A stretch of 64,000 nucleotides of DNA, taken from the NCBI GenBank assembly GCA_963798915.1, contig CAWCVB010000002.1:416001-480000 (forward strand), given 5' to 3'. The DNA is from an uncultured Gemmatimonadales bacterium (lineage in GTDB: Bacteria; Gemmatimonadota; Gemmatimonadetes; Gemmatimonadales; GWC2-71-9). The notes under the pieces were generated by a model. It made no database searches, was not told the DNA's origin, and worked only from the letters and a program-made list of their open reading frames with translations. Positions 1 through 10,083 of this stretch are shown here, piece after piece. How positions within the stretch are numbered: position 1 is the first letter of the stretch; each line of letters starts with the position of its first letter. The position numbers and the translations under genes were made by a program.

Positions 1-338
1 AAAGGCATTGCGCGGCGATTCAGTTGCCGTCAGGGAGTTATTCCAAGAATTTCCAGACCAAGTGCGATTTAATGCCCAGCGTATGGCGGTTCAGGTAGCC
101 GGCTGTAAGTCCGATGTTATCATGGCTCATCTTCCGCTCAGTTCGGTTCAAGTCGCCGCAATTTCGGACCTTCCTCAGGTCAGACGGGAGCTTGCCCTCC
201 GATAGCAGGTCTGCTGAAGTGATGGCTCGCCCTCTCAGCTTCTGAGGGCGGGCAATCATACGGGAGTCTGGAGGATGCAAGAAGGGGGTGAGCGATCGCC
301 AAGTGAAATGCCTTGCGTGGCCGCCCCCCCCCGTCCTC

Positions 339-890
339 CTACCAGTTTATCTCATACCGACACACCCGTCCCCCTTTCGCCCGGCATTCCGTTTCCGTCA
401 CGCGCGCGTTCTCCACGCCGCACATGGCCAGCGCCTTCTTGTACCAGCCGATCACCGTGAGGCAGTCGGGGGCGCTGAAGGTCTCGGCGTCATAGGTCGT
501 GAGGCGGGCGGAGCGCTCGCCGGTTTTCTCATATTCTCGGCGGCCGGTCTCGTAGTACGCGTCGTAAATGCCCGGCGCCTTGGAGAGAAAGCCGTGCGGG
601 TCGCCCGGGGTGAGGTAGCCCGAGTGCAAGGTGCCCAGATTCTTGACGGCGGACGCTTCGCCCAGCTTCTCGAAGAAGTCGGTGCGGCCCTTGCCGAGCA
701 CCTGCACGATCGCATCGTCCAGCCGCTTGCCCAGGTCGAAGGGGTACCAGTTGGACGTGAAGACGATCCGGAGTGAGCGTTGATCGTCCGGCGGAAGGCT
801 GGCAATCACCCGGTCGAGTCCTTCCTTGCCGCCATGCTCCTCGGCGAACGCCAGGCGGGACTTGAGGACGGCACCCTTGACCTGCTGCAC
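339..890 (-). CDS. V4R/DUF2378 (TIGR02265)-like small ligand-binding protein
   Basis: GTG start after GGAG; C-terminal ECRAKGGRVCRYEINW resembles the V4R motif; VKG...WYP pattern. Confidence 0.65.
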   Translation of the reverse strand: MQQVKGAVLKSRLAFAEEHGGKEGLDRVIASLPPDDQRSLRIVFTSNWYPFDLGKRLDDAIVQVLGKGRTDFFEKLGEASAVKNLGTLHSGYLTPGDPHGFLSKAPGIYDAYYETGRREYEKTGERSARLTTYDAETFSAPDCLTVIGWYKKALAMCGVENARVTETECRAKGGRVCRYEINW

Positions 891-904
891 GGCGGCTCCA
901 GGCG

Positions 905-946
905 GGAGGTTGGACGTTGGACGCTGGAAGTCGGAAGTTGGAGGCG
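905..946. repeat. Degenerate heptamer array (GGACGTT-type, 6 units)
   Basis: ggaggtt ggacgtt ggacgct ggaagtc ggaagtt ggaggcg. Confidence 0.75.
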
Positions 947-1005
947 ATGCATGCACCACGCAAGCCGAGTCTCAAGCGTGCTTGTAATGACAGCGCGCGA
1001 GAGCG

Positions 1006-1101
1006 TCTAGCCGTCTAGCCGTCTAGCCGTCTAGCCATCTCGCCATCTCGCCGTCTCGCCGTCTCGCCGCCGAGCCGCCGAGTCGCCCAGTCGCCCAGCC
1101 G
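1006..1101. repeat. Octamer tandem array (TCTAGCCG/TCTCGCCG, ~12 units)
   Basis: Visible directly; overlaps the 3' end and stop of the minus-strand gene ending at 1031. Confidence 0.9.
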
Positions 1102-1453
1102 CATGCGCGGCAAATGTGACGGCGGCCAGGAGTTCGAGCGTGCGTCCGGAGGCGACCTGCCCCGACGCGGCCAGCACCACACCCAGATTCAGCGCCGCAT
1201 AGGCGATCGCGGGTGGAACAGGCGACCCGCGTGCAGGTGCGTGGGCGTGCCTTGGCAGGATCCAGTACGCCACGCCCAGTGTCAGGTTGCCGAACCAGCC
1301 CAGCGGCATCAGTTCCTGGTGCCAGGTCCGGATCCAGGCGGGCAGGTGTGCCGGGAAGCCCGTCTTGGCGCTGAGCAGCACGGCGCCACCGGCCGATCCG
1401 ATCACCAGCGCGAGCAGCGCGGTCCTCACGAAGAGGATCGTCAGCGCCGGCAC
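1031..1453 (-). CDS. Small membrane protein, heme-copper oxidase subunit I/NnrS-like fragment family
   Basis: HQELMPLGWFGNLTLGVAYWILPR motif, ~4 TM; paralog of the neighbouring gene. Confidence 0.6.
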   Translation of the reverse strand: MPALTILFVRTALLALVIGSAGGAVLLSAKTGFPAHLPAWIRTWHQELMPLGWFGNLTLGVAYWILPRHAHAPARGSPVPPAIAYAALNLGVVLAASGQVASGRTLELLAAVTFAAHAAGRLGDSAARRRDGETARWRDG

Positions 1454-1454
1454 G

Positions 1455-1845
1455 TCAGCGGGCGCGCACGCGCGGCCAGAGCGACCATGCCATGATGGCC
1501 ATGGCGCAGGAACTGCATGAGCGCGGCCAGCGGCAGCCATGGTCCGGATATCAAGGTGGGCTCGGCAATGAGCCGGAGCAGCAATCCCGCATTGAGCAGG
1601 AAGAACACCGCCCAGCCGCGCCAGTCGGTGGGAGCCACGCCCCGCGCCACCCGCGGGAACATCCAGTAGGCGACGCCCGCCACCAGCTGTGAGAGCCACC
1701 CGAGCACGAGCAGGTGCAGATAGGTAGGCCACGCCCCCGCCACCCATGCGTTGTCGCGCCAGAGTGCGCGTACCACGCCCAGCAGCAGCGCGGCGACCAG
1801 GCAGGTGAGTGCGCCGCGTATCAGGTACCGGACCAGGCGGGGCAC
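1455..1845 (-). CDS. Small membrane protein of the same family (probable frameshift near 1506)
   Basis: HLLVLGWLSQLVAGVAYWMFPR motif; alternative frame gives a plausible end AMAIMAWSLWPRVRAR*. Confidence 0.6.
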
Positions 1846-1854
1846 CCTGCCTGG

Positions 1855-2353
1855 TCAGTCTGCGCCGGGTGGAACCTGTGATCGCGCCGGCATGGTATCG
1901 AGCGCCGCTGGCCGCACCTCGGGATGCCGAATGTATCCGCCCTGGAGGGCGGCGTTGCTCAAGACCAGTGAGCGCCACCACCATCGCCACCAGCGCCAGC
2001 CAGGTGAGCCAGCCGGGACCCGGTCGTCCGCCTCGACGCAGCACCAGGGCCAGCAGTGCCACCGCGCCGGCAGCCAAAGTCACGAAGAACGCGGTATCGG
2101 CGGCTTCCTCGTGCTCATGAATCAGGCGGCGGTTGGCCCAGGTAGCATCCTCGATCTGCTCCTCCGCTTCGTGGCCGGTCTGGCGCGCCGCGAATGCGCC
2201 GGCACCCGTCAGGATCGAGATGGCCAGGCCCACCGTCACGATGTCACGACGCTTCCAGATGAGTCCCCACGCGAGCAGCAACATCGAGAAGATGGCGCCG
2301 AAGATCGGCAGGTGATTGATCATCAGGTGCAGGTGGGCCATGCTCCAGTTCAT
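1855..2353 (-). CDS. DUF2231-like His-containing membrane protein (frameshift near 1963)
   Basis: HLMINHLP, TGHEAEE, IHEHEEAA; shifted frame continues AALQGGYIRHPEVR to TGA at 1855. Confidence 0.65.
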
Positions 2354-2365
2354 TTCCGTCTCCCG

Positions 2366-2800
2366 TCAGGGCTTGGTGGTGGCCGCGCGGCCGGTGATCT
2401 CGCGAATGTGAATGCGGAACAGGACGTCCCGAAAAGGCGCCGGATCCTGGGGCGTGAGCACGTCGGGCGCTACCGCCCGGAGCGCCTCGAGCGTCTGCTC
2501 GCGGCCCGGCCCGGCTTGATCTTCTTCATACCAGCTGCCCTGCACCACTACACTGGTCCAGTCGAAGATGCCCTCAGTCTCGTCCACCTCGAAGGCCACG
2601 TACGGCGAATGGCGGAGCACCTCCACCTTGCTGCCTTCCTGCGTGCGGCAGGCCAGCCACGCACCATGGTACACGTAGCCCAGCGGCACGATGTTCACGA
2701 GCTCACGGATCTGGTATGCGATCCGGCCGACGTGATTGCGGGCCAGCACTTCCCGGCACTCGGCTTCGGTCAGCTCGCGGAAACGGGCTTGGGTGCTCAT
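2366..2800 (-). CDS. Pyridoxamine 5'-phosphate oxidase-like flavin-binding protein
   Basis: ECREVL..NHVGRIA, GSKV..LR..P.VAFEVD, WTSVVVQG. Confidence 0.85.
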   Translation of the reverse strand: MSTQARFRELTEAECREVLARNHVGRIAYQIRELVNIVPLGYVYHGAWLACRTQEGSKVEVLRHSPYVAFEVDETEGIFDWTSVVVQGSWYEEDQAGPGREQTLEALRAVAPDVLTPQDPAPFRDVLFRIHIREITGRAATTKP

Positions 2801-4539
2801 GGTTTCTCCATGCTCGATCGGAGCGCATTCAGGATTACGGCCACATCGATGGCCTCCTGCAGGAGGGCGCCCACCGTGGGCGCGATGAACCCGGCGGCCG
2901 CAAAACCCATCGCGGCCATGCTCAGGCCCAGTCCCGCGCCGATGCTCTGCCGGGCGATGTGCATCGAGCGCCGGCCGATGGCCAGCGCCTGTCCTGCCAG
3001 GGCGATGTCGTCGTGGAGCAGCACCACGTCCGCCGCCTCCGCACTGATCCCGCCCCCATGGGCGGCGAGCGCCATGCCGACGGACGCCGCCGAGAGCGCC
3101 GGCGCGTCATTGGTGCCGTCACCGACCATGAGCACCCGGCGGCCGGCTGCAGCAAGTGCCTGCACGGCGCGGACCTTGTCCTCGGGCAGCAGGTCACCCC
3201 GCGCATCGGCGATCCCGACACTCGCGGCGACGGCGGTGGCATTGGCCTGAGCATCGCCCGACAGCAGAATCGTATCCCGGATGCCCGACGCACGCAGCCC
3301 CCGGATGGTGTCCTTGAGCTCGGGCCGCAGGTGGTCGGCATAGGAGACGATGCCGGCGCCCTGACCGTCGATCGCGACCCATGCCTGCAGCCCGCCATTG
3401 TGGCCCAATGCCGCCAGCGTGGAAGCGGCCGCCGGCTGCTCGGCGCGGATATATGAGGGCGCGCCCACCAGAACCGCGCGGCCTTCCGCCATCCCGGCGA
3501 CGCCGCGGCCTGCTGACTCGGTGACCGCGGAGACTGGCGGCAGCACCGCCACCTCACGGAGGGCGGCCTCCGTCAGGGTGCGGGCGAGCAGGTGGCCACT
3601 ATGGCTCTCGACCGCGCCAGCCAGCCGCAACAGTTCCATGCGGTCCACACCTGGCGCAACGGTGATGACGTCCACTTCGGGGCGGCCAATGGTGAGCGTA
3701 CCGGTCTTGTCGAACACCACTGTGTCAACCCGCGAGAGCGCCTCGAGGGCGCCGCCGTTCCGCATCACGATGCCCCGTCGTGCCGCCCGGTTGATGCCAC
3801 CAATGATGGCGACCGGCGTCGCCAGGATGAGCGGGCAGGGCGTGGCCACGACCAGGACGGCGAGAATGCGGGTGGAATCGTGTGATATGAACCACGCCCC
3901 GACGCACACTGCCAGCGTGAGCGGCGTGAACCAGACGGCTGCCCGGTCGGCGGTCCGCTGGATGGGCGCCTTGCTGGCCTGCGCCGTGCGCACCAGCTCG
4001 ACGATCCGTGCATACTGGCTCTCGGCGGCCGGGGCCGTCACGGTCATCGTGAGGGCACCTTCCTGGTTCACCATTCCGCTGCGAACCGTGGTTCCCTCCT
4101 CGGCGAGTACCGGGATCGCTTCGCCGGTGAGACTCGACGTATCGAGGTGCGAACGACCCTGGCGCACGACCCCGTCGCAGGGGATGACTTCGCCGGGCCG
4201 GACCAGCAGCACCTCCCCGCGCTCCACCGTGCCGACCGCAACATCCTCGACCGAGTCGCGGACCCGATGCGCCCACCGCGGCGCCGCCGCCTCGAGGTCC
4301 CGCACCGCACGGGACGCCCGGCCCTCGGCGTAGCGCTCGAGTGCCTGGCCACCGGTGAGCATGACGACCACAACCAGCCCCGGAATGGGTTGGCCCAGGA
4401 TGACGGCGGTAATGATGGCAAGTGTAGCGACAACGTCGGCGGCGAATCGTCCCTGCAGCATGCCGCGGAAGGTGCGCCAGGCGATTGGCGCCCCGAGGAG
4501 AAGCAGCGCCGCGGTGAGCAGGACCCGGGCGCTGGGCAC
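2797..4539 (-). CDS. Heavy-metal P1B-type ATPase (PCP motif, P1B-5-like)
   Basis: TGE, TPCPL, DKTGTLT, GDGTNDAP, QEAID. Confidence 0.9.
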   Translation of the reverse strand: MPSARVLLTAALLLLGAPIAWRTFRGMLQGRFAADVVATLAIITAVILGQPIPGLVVVVMLTGGQALERYAEGRASRAVRDLEAAAPRWAHRVRDSVEDVAVGTVERGEVLLVRPGEVIPCDGVVRQGRSHLDTSSLTGEAIPVLAEEGTTVRSGMVNQEGALTMTVTAPAAESQYARIVELVRTAQASKAPIQRTADRAAVWFTPLTLAVCVGAWFISHDSTRILAVLVVATPCPLILATPVAIIGGINRAARRGIVMRNGGALEALSRVDTVVFDKTGTLTIGRPEVDVITVAPGVDRMELLRLAGAVESHSGHLLARTLTEAALREVAVLPPVSAVTESAGRGVAGMAEGRAVLVGAPSYIRAEQPAAASTLAALGHNGGLQAWVAIDGQGAGIVSYADHLRPELKDTIRGLRASGIRDTILLSGDAQANATAVAASVGIADARGDLLPEDKVRAVQALAAAGRRVLMVGDGTNDAPALSAASVGMALAAHGGGISAEAADVVLLHDDIALAGQALAIGRRSMHIARQSIGAGLGLSMAAMGFAAAGFIAPTVGALLQEAIDVAVILNALRSSMEKP

Positions 4540-4541
4540 GG

Positions 4542-5231
4542 TCAGCCCGTAGAAGCTGGTTCAGGTCGGCGCAACATGAAGCCAACGCCGCGCACCGTCG
4601 AGATCAGCGACTTGCCGGCGGCGTCATGGAGTTTTCGCCTGAGGTTGCCGACGTGGACATCGACCACGTTGCTCTCCGGGTCGAAGTGCATGTCCCAGAC
4701 CTTTTCCAGCAATGTGGTCCGGCGCACGACCTCATCCGGGTGCAGCATGAAGTATTCAAGCAGCTGGAATTCCTTGGGCGTGAGCTGGAGCTTGCGCCCA
4801 TCCACGGCGGCCTCGTGCCGCAACCGGTCCACTTCGAGGGTACCGACCTTGAGGTTCTCCGCTCGCGCGGTGCCGCCGCGACGGTGGAGTGCACGGATCC
4901 GGGCCAGCAGCTCCTCGAAGTGGAACGGTTTGGCGAGGTAATCATCGGCTCCTGCATCGAGCCCGCGGACCACGTCCTCCGCTGCATCGCGGGAGGTCAG
5001 CATCAGGATCGGCGTGGTGCGCCCCTCGCGCCGGAGTTCAGTGGCAATCTGGAAACCGTTCTTCTTGGGCAGCACCACATCCAGCAGGATGACGTCGTAG
5101 TCGTAGACGTGGGCCAGCATGGTGGCCTCGTCACCGTCGGGCGCCACGTCCACAACGTGACCTTCCTCCTTGAGGCCCTGCTCGACAAACCCGGCAACTT
5201 TCCGGTCATCTTCGACTACGAGGATTTTCAT
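4542..5231 (-). CDS. OmpR/CusR-family response regulator
   Basis: Receiver (VEDD, LLD, GADDYLAKPF) plus winged helix (NVVDVH, TVRGVGF). Confidence 0.95.
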   Translation of the reverse strand: MKILVVEDDRKVAGFVEQGLKEEGHVVDVAPDGDEATMLAHVYDYDVILLDVVLPKKNGFQIATELRREGRTTPILMLTSRDAAEDVVRGLDAGADDYLAKPFHFEELLARIRALHRRGGTARAENLKVGTLEVDRLRHEAAVDGRKLQLTPKEFQLLEYFMLHPDEVVRRTTLLEKVWDMHFDPESNVVDVHVGNLRRKLHDAAGKSLISTVRGVGFMLRRPEPASTG

Positions 5232-5314
5232 CGTTCCGTTCTCCGGGGTGACTTCGTGGTGGGAATCTGGCGCCGGAGCGATGAACGGCGCCCAAACAGA
5301 TCATGAAGAAAGGC

Positions 5315-6550
5315 TCACGACTCTCCAACTGGCAGATCGAGGACGAACTTCCCCCCTTTTCCAGGCTGCGCCACGACCGTGAGGTCGCCGCCGAGCAGGC
5401 GCGCCAGCCGGCGCGAGAGGGGGAGACCGAGCCCCACGCCCTGGCTCTCCTCGCCTGGCCTGGTGACGTAGATATCGAAGATAGTGTCCACGTTTTCGGG
5501 CTGGACGCCGGGCCCGTTGTCTTCCACCAGGATAATGATCCGCTTGCCCGTGGTGTCGAGCGCACTCCGGATCGTTACATGCCCCTTCTCCGGGGCGTGG
5601 CCAATGGCGTTGCCGAGGAGGTTGACGAGGATCTGCTCCAGCCGGGACGCATCGGTGGCCGATGGGGGAAGCCCCGGCGTCAGCTCCATGTGCAGGCGCA
5701 CACCCTTCTGCCTGGCGGTCGGCGTCACCCGGCCCACGGCACCGCGAATGACCGGTGCAAGCTCCACGGTCCGGATGGTGACCCGAAGGCGGTCTTCGTC
5801 AAGGCGACTGAGGTCCAGCAAGTCATTTATGAGACTGACCGCCTGCCGGGCCGAATCGAGCACCTCGTAGGCGGCCGGTGGCACCGTGGCGGGATCCTTC
5901 TTGCGCACGAGCAGCTCCGACCAGCCGAAGACCGCGGCCAGGGCATTGCGCAGCTCATGATTGACCGTGGCGAAAAATCGCTCGCGGGCCCGCTGCAGCT
6001 GCTGCACTTCTTCCAGGAGACGGGCGCTTTCCTCGTGCAGTGACGCATTCTCGATGGCCGCAGCTGTCTGCGCCGCGAGCAGCTTGGCAATCCGCTCATC
6101 CATGTCGCTGAACTCGGCCGCGCCGATCTTCTCGGTCAGGTACAGGTCGCCCAGGGTGCCACGCCGACCCACGACGGGCACGCCCAGGAAGGAGTGCATC
6201 GGCGGGTGATTGGGCGGAAAGCCGGCAGACTCCGGGTGTTTCATGAGATCGGGCAGCCGGATGACGCGTCCTTCGCGGATCACCAGGCCGAGGATGCCGT
6301 GCCCTTTGGGCGGATTGCCCAGCCGGGCCCGCTCCTCGGTCGAGATGCCGTAGGTGGTGAAGCTCTCGAGCAGCCGGCCGTCCGGACCCAGCACGCCAAT
6401 GGCGGCGTAGCGCGCTCCGATGATGTTGGCCGCGATCTCTGCCACATGCTGCAAGACGCCCTCGAGGGAGAGCTCGGAGGTCAGCAGCGTGCCTGCCGTA
6501 ACCAGGCGCTCCAGGCGCTCCGCTGGCGGGGATGAGGCCGAGATATCCAT
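5315..6550 (-). CDS. Cytoplasmic GAF-domain histidine kinase, DosS/DevS-like GAF
   Basis: HPESAGFPPNHPPMHSFLGVPV; HELRN H-box; NLLGNA, DNGPG, GLGL boxes. Confidence 0.9.
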   Translation of the reverse strand: MDISASSPPAERLERLVTAGTLLTSELSLEGVLQHVAEIAANIIGARYAAIGVLGPDGRLLESFTTYGISTEERARLGNPPKGHGILGLVIREGRVIRLPDLMKHPESAGFPPNHPPMHSFLGVPVVGRRGTLGDLYLTEKIGAAEFSDMDERIAKLLAAQTAAAIENASLHEESARLLEEVQQLQRARERFFATVNHELRNALAAVFGWSELLVRKKDPATVPPAAYEVLDSARQAVSLINDLLDLSRLDEDRLRVTIRTVELAPVIRGAVGRVTPTARQKGVRLHMELTPGLPPSATDASRLEQILVNLLGNAIGHAPEKGHVTIRSALDTTGKRIIILVEDNGPGVQPENVDTIFDIYVTRPGEESQGVGLGLPLSRRLARLLGGDLTVVAQPGKGGKFVLDLPVGES

Positions 6551-6608
6551 GGGGTTCCTTGTGGCGTGCTTCATTAAAGCTTAATGCGTCCTGCCCTAAA
6601 GTCCGAGC

Positions 6609-7433
6609 ATGTCCTACCGGTTCATTATCGCTGCGGTCGATGAAAGCGCGACCGGACGCGAAGTCGCCGCGGCCGCATTGGGTCTGGCGAGTCGCAGCGG
6701 GGCGCGCCTCGGTCTGCTGACCAGCATTCCCTCCAGCGCCGCGCTCAGTCCTGCGCGCCTGGCCGCCGCAAGCACCGCGCTCGCCGAACTCCGTGACTCG
6801 CTCCCGGCGTCGCCGGGCGCGCAGCCCACCACCGTTTGCTGCGTCGTGCGTGGCCTGCCCGGAATCGAAGTGCCGCGCCACGCGGAGGAGCACGGCGCCG
6901 ACCTCATTGTCGTAGGGCACACGCCACGGACCCAGTCGGCCCGTCTCCTGGTGGGCGACACCGCCGATGCAGTCACCCGTCGAAGCCGAGTGCCCTGCCT
7001 GCTGGTGCCGCCGGGCCAGGACCTCTACGGGCCGGTCGTTGTTGCGGTTGATGGCAGCCGGCACTCGGCGGCGGTGCTGGAGGCGGGCTGCCAGTTTGCC
7101 GCGGCCATCGGGCAGCCGGTGCACGCGGTGACGGTGGAATCAGCCCGCTACGAGGAGCACTACGGCGGCGCCATTGCGGTACCACTCGCCCGAAGCGAGA
7201 TCCTCGAGAGTATCGTGGCAGCGGCAGCGTCCCGCTACCAGGTGGCGCTGGAACTCGAGGTGCGGCAGGGCCACCTGGCGGAAGAGATCCTGGCTGCCTG
7301 CACGGCGCACGACGGCCACGTGCTCGTCATTGGCTTCCATCGCGGTGGACCTGCGGGTGTGATGGAGGGGGCCAGCGTCGGTCGCCGACTGGTGCATGCC
7401 AGCGATTCTGCGGTCCTGACCGTTCCCATCTGA
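6609..7433 (+). CDS. Tandem-domain universal stress protein
   Basis: Two USP domains (AAVDES, ADLIVVG, GDTADAV; VAVDGS, VLVIG, SVGRRLV). Confidence 0.9.
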   Translation: MSYRFIIAAVDESATGREVAAAALGLASRSGARLGLLTSIPSSAALSPARLAAASTALAELRDSLPASPGAQPTTVCCVVRGLPGIEVPRHAEEHGADLIVVGHTPRTQSARLLVGDTADAVTRRSRVPCLLVPPGQDLYGPVVVAVDGSRHSAAVLEAGCQFAAAIGQPVHAVTVESARYEEHYGGAIAVPLARSEILESIVAAAASRYQVALELEVRQGHLAEEILAACTAHDGHVLVIGFHRGGPAGVMEGASVGRRLVHASDSAVLTVPI

Positions 7434-7530
7434 CCTGAAGAAGCGTTCATGAAGGTTTCAAGGCCGCCCCATGGGGCGGCGGCAATCTTGTGTTATCCAG
7501 GGAATTGACTCGAACAGTGAGGACGTACAC

Positions 7531-8001
7531 GTGCGATCCAGACTCCTGCTGTTGCTGCTGCTTGCGGCGTGCGGTGGAAAGGGGGATGCCGGTGGCGAGG
7601 CTGCGCCTGCGGGACAACCAGCGGACGGTCAGGCCGGCACGGCATTGACGGCATTCCAGATGAAGAATGGCATCGGTCCGGTGACGGAAGAAGTGACCCT
7701 CGGTCCGATCGACCGGGCACTGGCAGAAACCGGTGAGCAGATCTTCGAGGCTCGCTGCAGCGCGTGCCACAAGCTTGGCGAGCGCTACGTGGGCCCGCCG
7801 CTGGGTGACGTGCTGACCCGCCGGACCCCGGCATACGCCATGAACATGATGCTCAACCCGGACACCATGTACACCCGCCACCCGGAGGCGCGGGCACTGC
7901 TGGCGCAGTATGCCACCCAGATGCCGAACCTCCAGCTCAAGGTGGAAGAGGCCCGGGCCATCGTTGAGTACATCCGGAAAGAAGCCGCGGAGCAAAAGTG
8001 A
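7531..8001 (+). CDS. nos-associated monoheme cytochrome c lipoprotein
   Basis: Lipobox LAAC, CSACH, YVGP, axial QMPN; directly upstream of nosZ. Confidence 0.9.
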   Translation: MRSRLLLLLLLAACGGKGDAGGEAAPAGQPADGQAGTALTAFQMKNGIGPVTEEVTLGPIDRALAETGEQIFEARCSACHKLGERYVGPPLGDVLTRRTPAYAMNMMLNPDTMYTRHPEARALLAQYATQMPNLQLKVEEARAIVEYIRKEAAEQK

Positions 8002-8050
8002 TCCACGGCCAACGTAGTGACATCCGCGGCGTGGCCGCAGGGGGACGTGC

Positions 8051-10076
8051 ATGAAGTCTGTCAGGAGTGGAATCCCGTTCGCGGGCGCCGCGGCGCTCGC
8101 CGTCGTGCCTGCTTGGATCCTGTGGCCCTGCGGGTGCCCGTGTGGGAGATACAGCAGCGGACGCGGCGCAGCGGGTCTATGTGGCGCCCGGCCAGTATGA
8201 TGAGTTCTACGCCTTCCTGTCCGGCGGCTTTGACGGGCAGGTCGGTGTCTACGGCCTGCCGTCGGGCCGGCTGCTCCGGCATGTCCCGGTCTTCTCCCAG
8301 AATCCGGAGAATGGCTGGGGCTACACCGAGCAGACCAAGGCCATGATGAACACCAGCTTCGGGTTCGTGCCGTGGGACGATTCCCATCACCCGCAGCTCT
8401 CCCAGACAGACGGCGTTCCCGACGGGCGCTGGCTTTTCATCAATGGCAATAACACGCCGCGCATCGCCAGGATTGACCTCACCCGGTTCGAGACGGAAGA
8501 AATTCTGGAGATTCCGAACTCGGCCGGCAACCACGCCTCGCCCTTCGTGACACCCGACAATCGCTATGTGGTCGCGGGCACCCGGTTCAGTGTGCCCACG
8601 CCGCAGCGCGACATCCCGATCGCCGATTACAAGACCGATTTTGCCGGGTTGCTGACCTTTGCCCGGGTGGACAGCGCCACCGGGCACATGGCCATCGCCT
8701 TCCAGATCCGGATGCCCGGGTTTGACTATGACCTGTCGCACTCGGGCAAGGGGCCCAGCGACGGCTGGTCGTTCTTCACCTCGTACAACAGTGAACAGGC
8801 GAACGAGCTGAAGGAGGTCAACGCCTCCCAGAACGACAAGGATTACATCGCCGCAGTGAACTGGAAGCGGGCCGAGCAGTGCGTGGCGGAGGGCAAGGCA
8901 AAGAGTGAGCCGGCCCGGTATGCCCACAACATGATTGGTGCAGACGGGATTGCGCGCACCGAGTGGGGCAGCTCCGTCAAGGTGCTCCAGCCCACCGACT
9001 GTCCGGAACTGGTCTATTTCCTGCCCACACCCAAGTCTCCTCACGGCGTGGACGTGGATCCGACGGGCGAGTACATCGTCTCGGGTGGCAAGCTGGCGAC
9101 CGTGATCCCGGTGCACTCGTTCAGCAAGATGCTCGCGGCCATTCAGGCCAAGTCGTTTGCCGGCGAGGTGGATGGCATCCCCATACTCAAGTACGAGTCG
9201 GTGATGCATTGCGAGGTGCAGAACCCGGGCCTGGGCCCGCTCCACAACGAATTCGATGATCGGGGCAACGCGTACAGCTCGCTCTTCATCAGCTCCGAAA
9301 TCGTCAAGTGGCGGGTCAAGGACTGCCAGGTGCTCGATCGCGTCCCGGTCTACTACTCGATCGGTCACCTCATGATTCCCGGCGGCGATAGCCGGAAGCC
9401 ATTCGGCAAGTACGTGCTTGCGCTCAACAAGATCACCAAGGACCGGTACCTGCCCACCGGACCCGAGCTGGCGCAGTCGGCCCAGCTGTTCGACATCTCG
9501 GGCGACAAGATGAAGCTCCTGCTCGACTTCCCGACCATCGGCGAGCCGCACTACGCTCAGGCCCTGCCGGCCAGCATGATCAAGGATCGCCAGCAGAAGG
9601 TCTACTCGCTGGCCGGTAACACCGATCCCTTCGTGACCAGGTCGGAGAAGGAGACCCACGTGGTGCGCAAGGGTTCGCGTGTCGATGTCTACATGACGGC
9701 GATTCGCAGCCACTTCGTGCCCGACAACATCGAAGGCTTCCAGGTGGGCGACTCGGTCTACTTCCACGTCACGAATCTGGAGCAGGACTGGGACGTGCCG
9801 CATGGCTTCGCGGCCATGGGCGCCAGGACGGCCGAACTGCTCATCATGCCGGGGCAGACGCGGACCCTGACGTGGGTCCCGCAGCGGGTCGGGGTGTTCC
9901 CGTTCTACTGCACCGATTTCTGCTCGGCGCTGCATCAGGAGATGCAGGGGTACGCCCGGGTGTCGCCGCGCGGCAGCAGCGTGCCCATCGCCTGGAACGG
10001 GCCGTCGGGCTCGCTGGGCAAGGCCAAGCAGGTCGCGGCTGGTCACGCGGCGCACGCCGCCGTGGCGGCGGACTGA
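8051..10076 (+). CDS. nosZ: Sec-dependent (clade II) nitrous-oxide reductase; 1-nt frameshift in signal peptide near 8108
   Basis: DDSHHP, GNH, PHG, PLH, GH, EPH CuZ His motifs; CuA CTDFCSALHQEM; ATG 8051 after GGGGA, lipobox LGSC in the downstream frame. Confidence 0.97.
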
Positions 10077-10083
10077 GCCGGCC

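Noticed and set aside
1..280. Short ORFs and hairpin at the window start
   Set aside because: No coding signature or recognisable motif; context cut off
1031..2353. Single 440-aa protein
   Set aside because: Chimera of three genes joined through frameshifts
7995..8030. FNR/CRP box upstream of nosZ
   Set aside because: Only one half-site (GTGAT) matches
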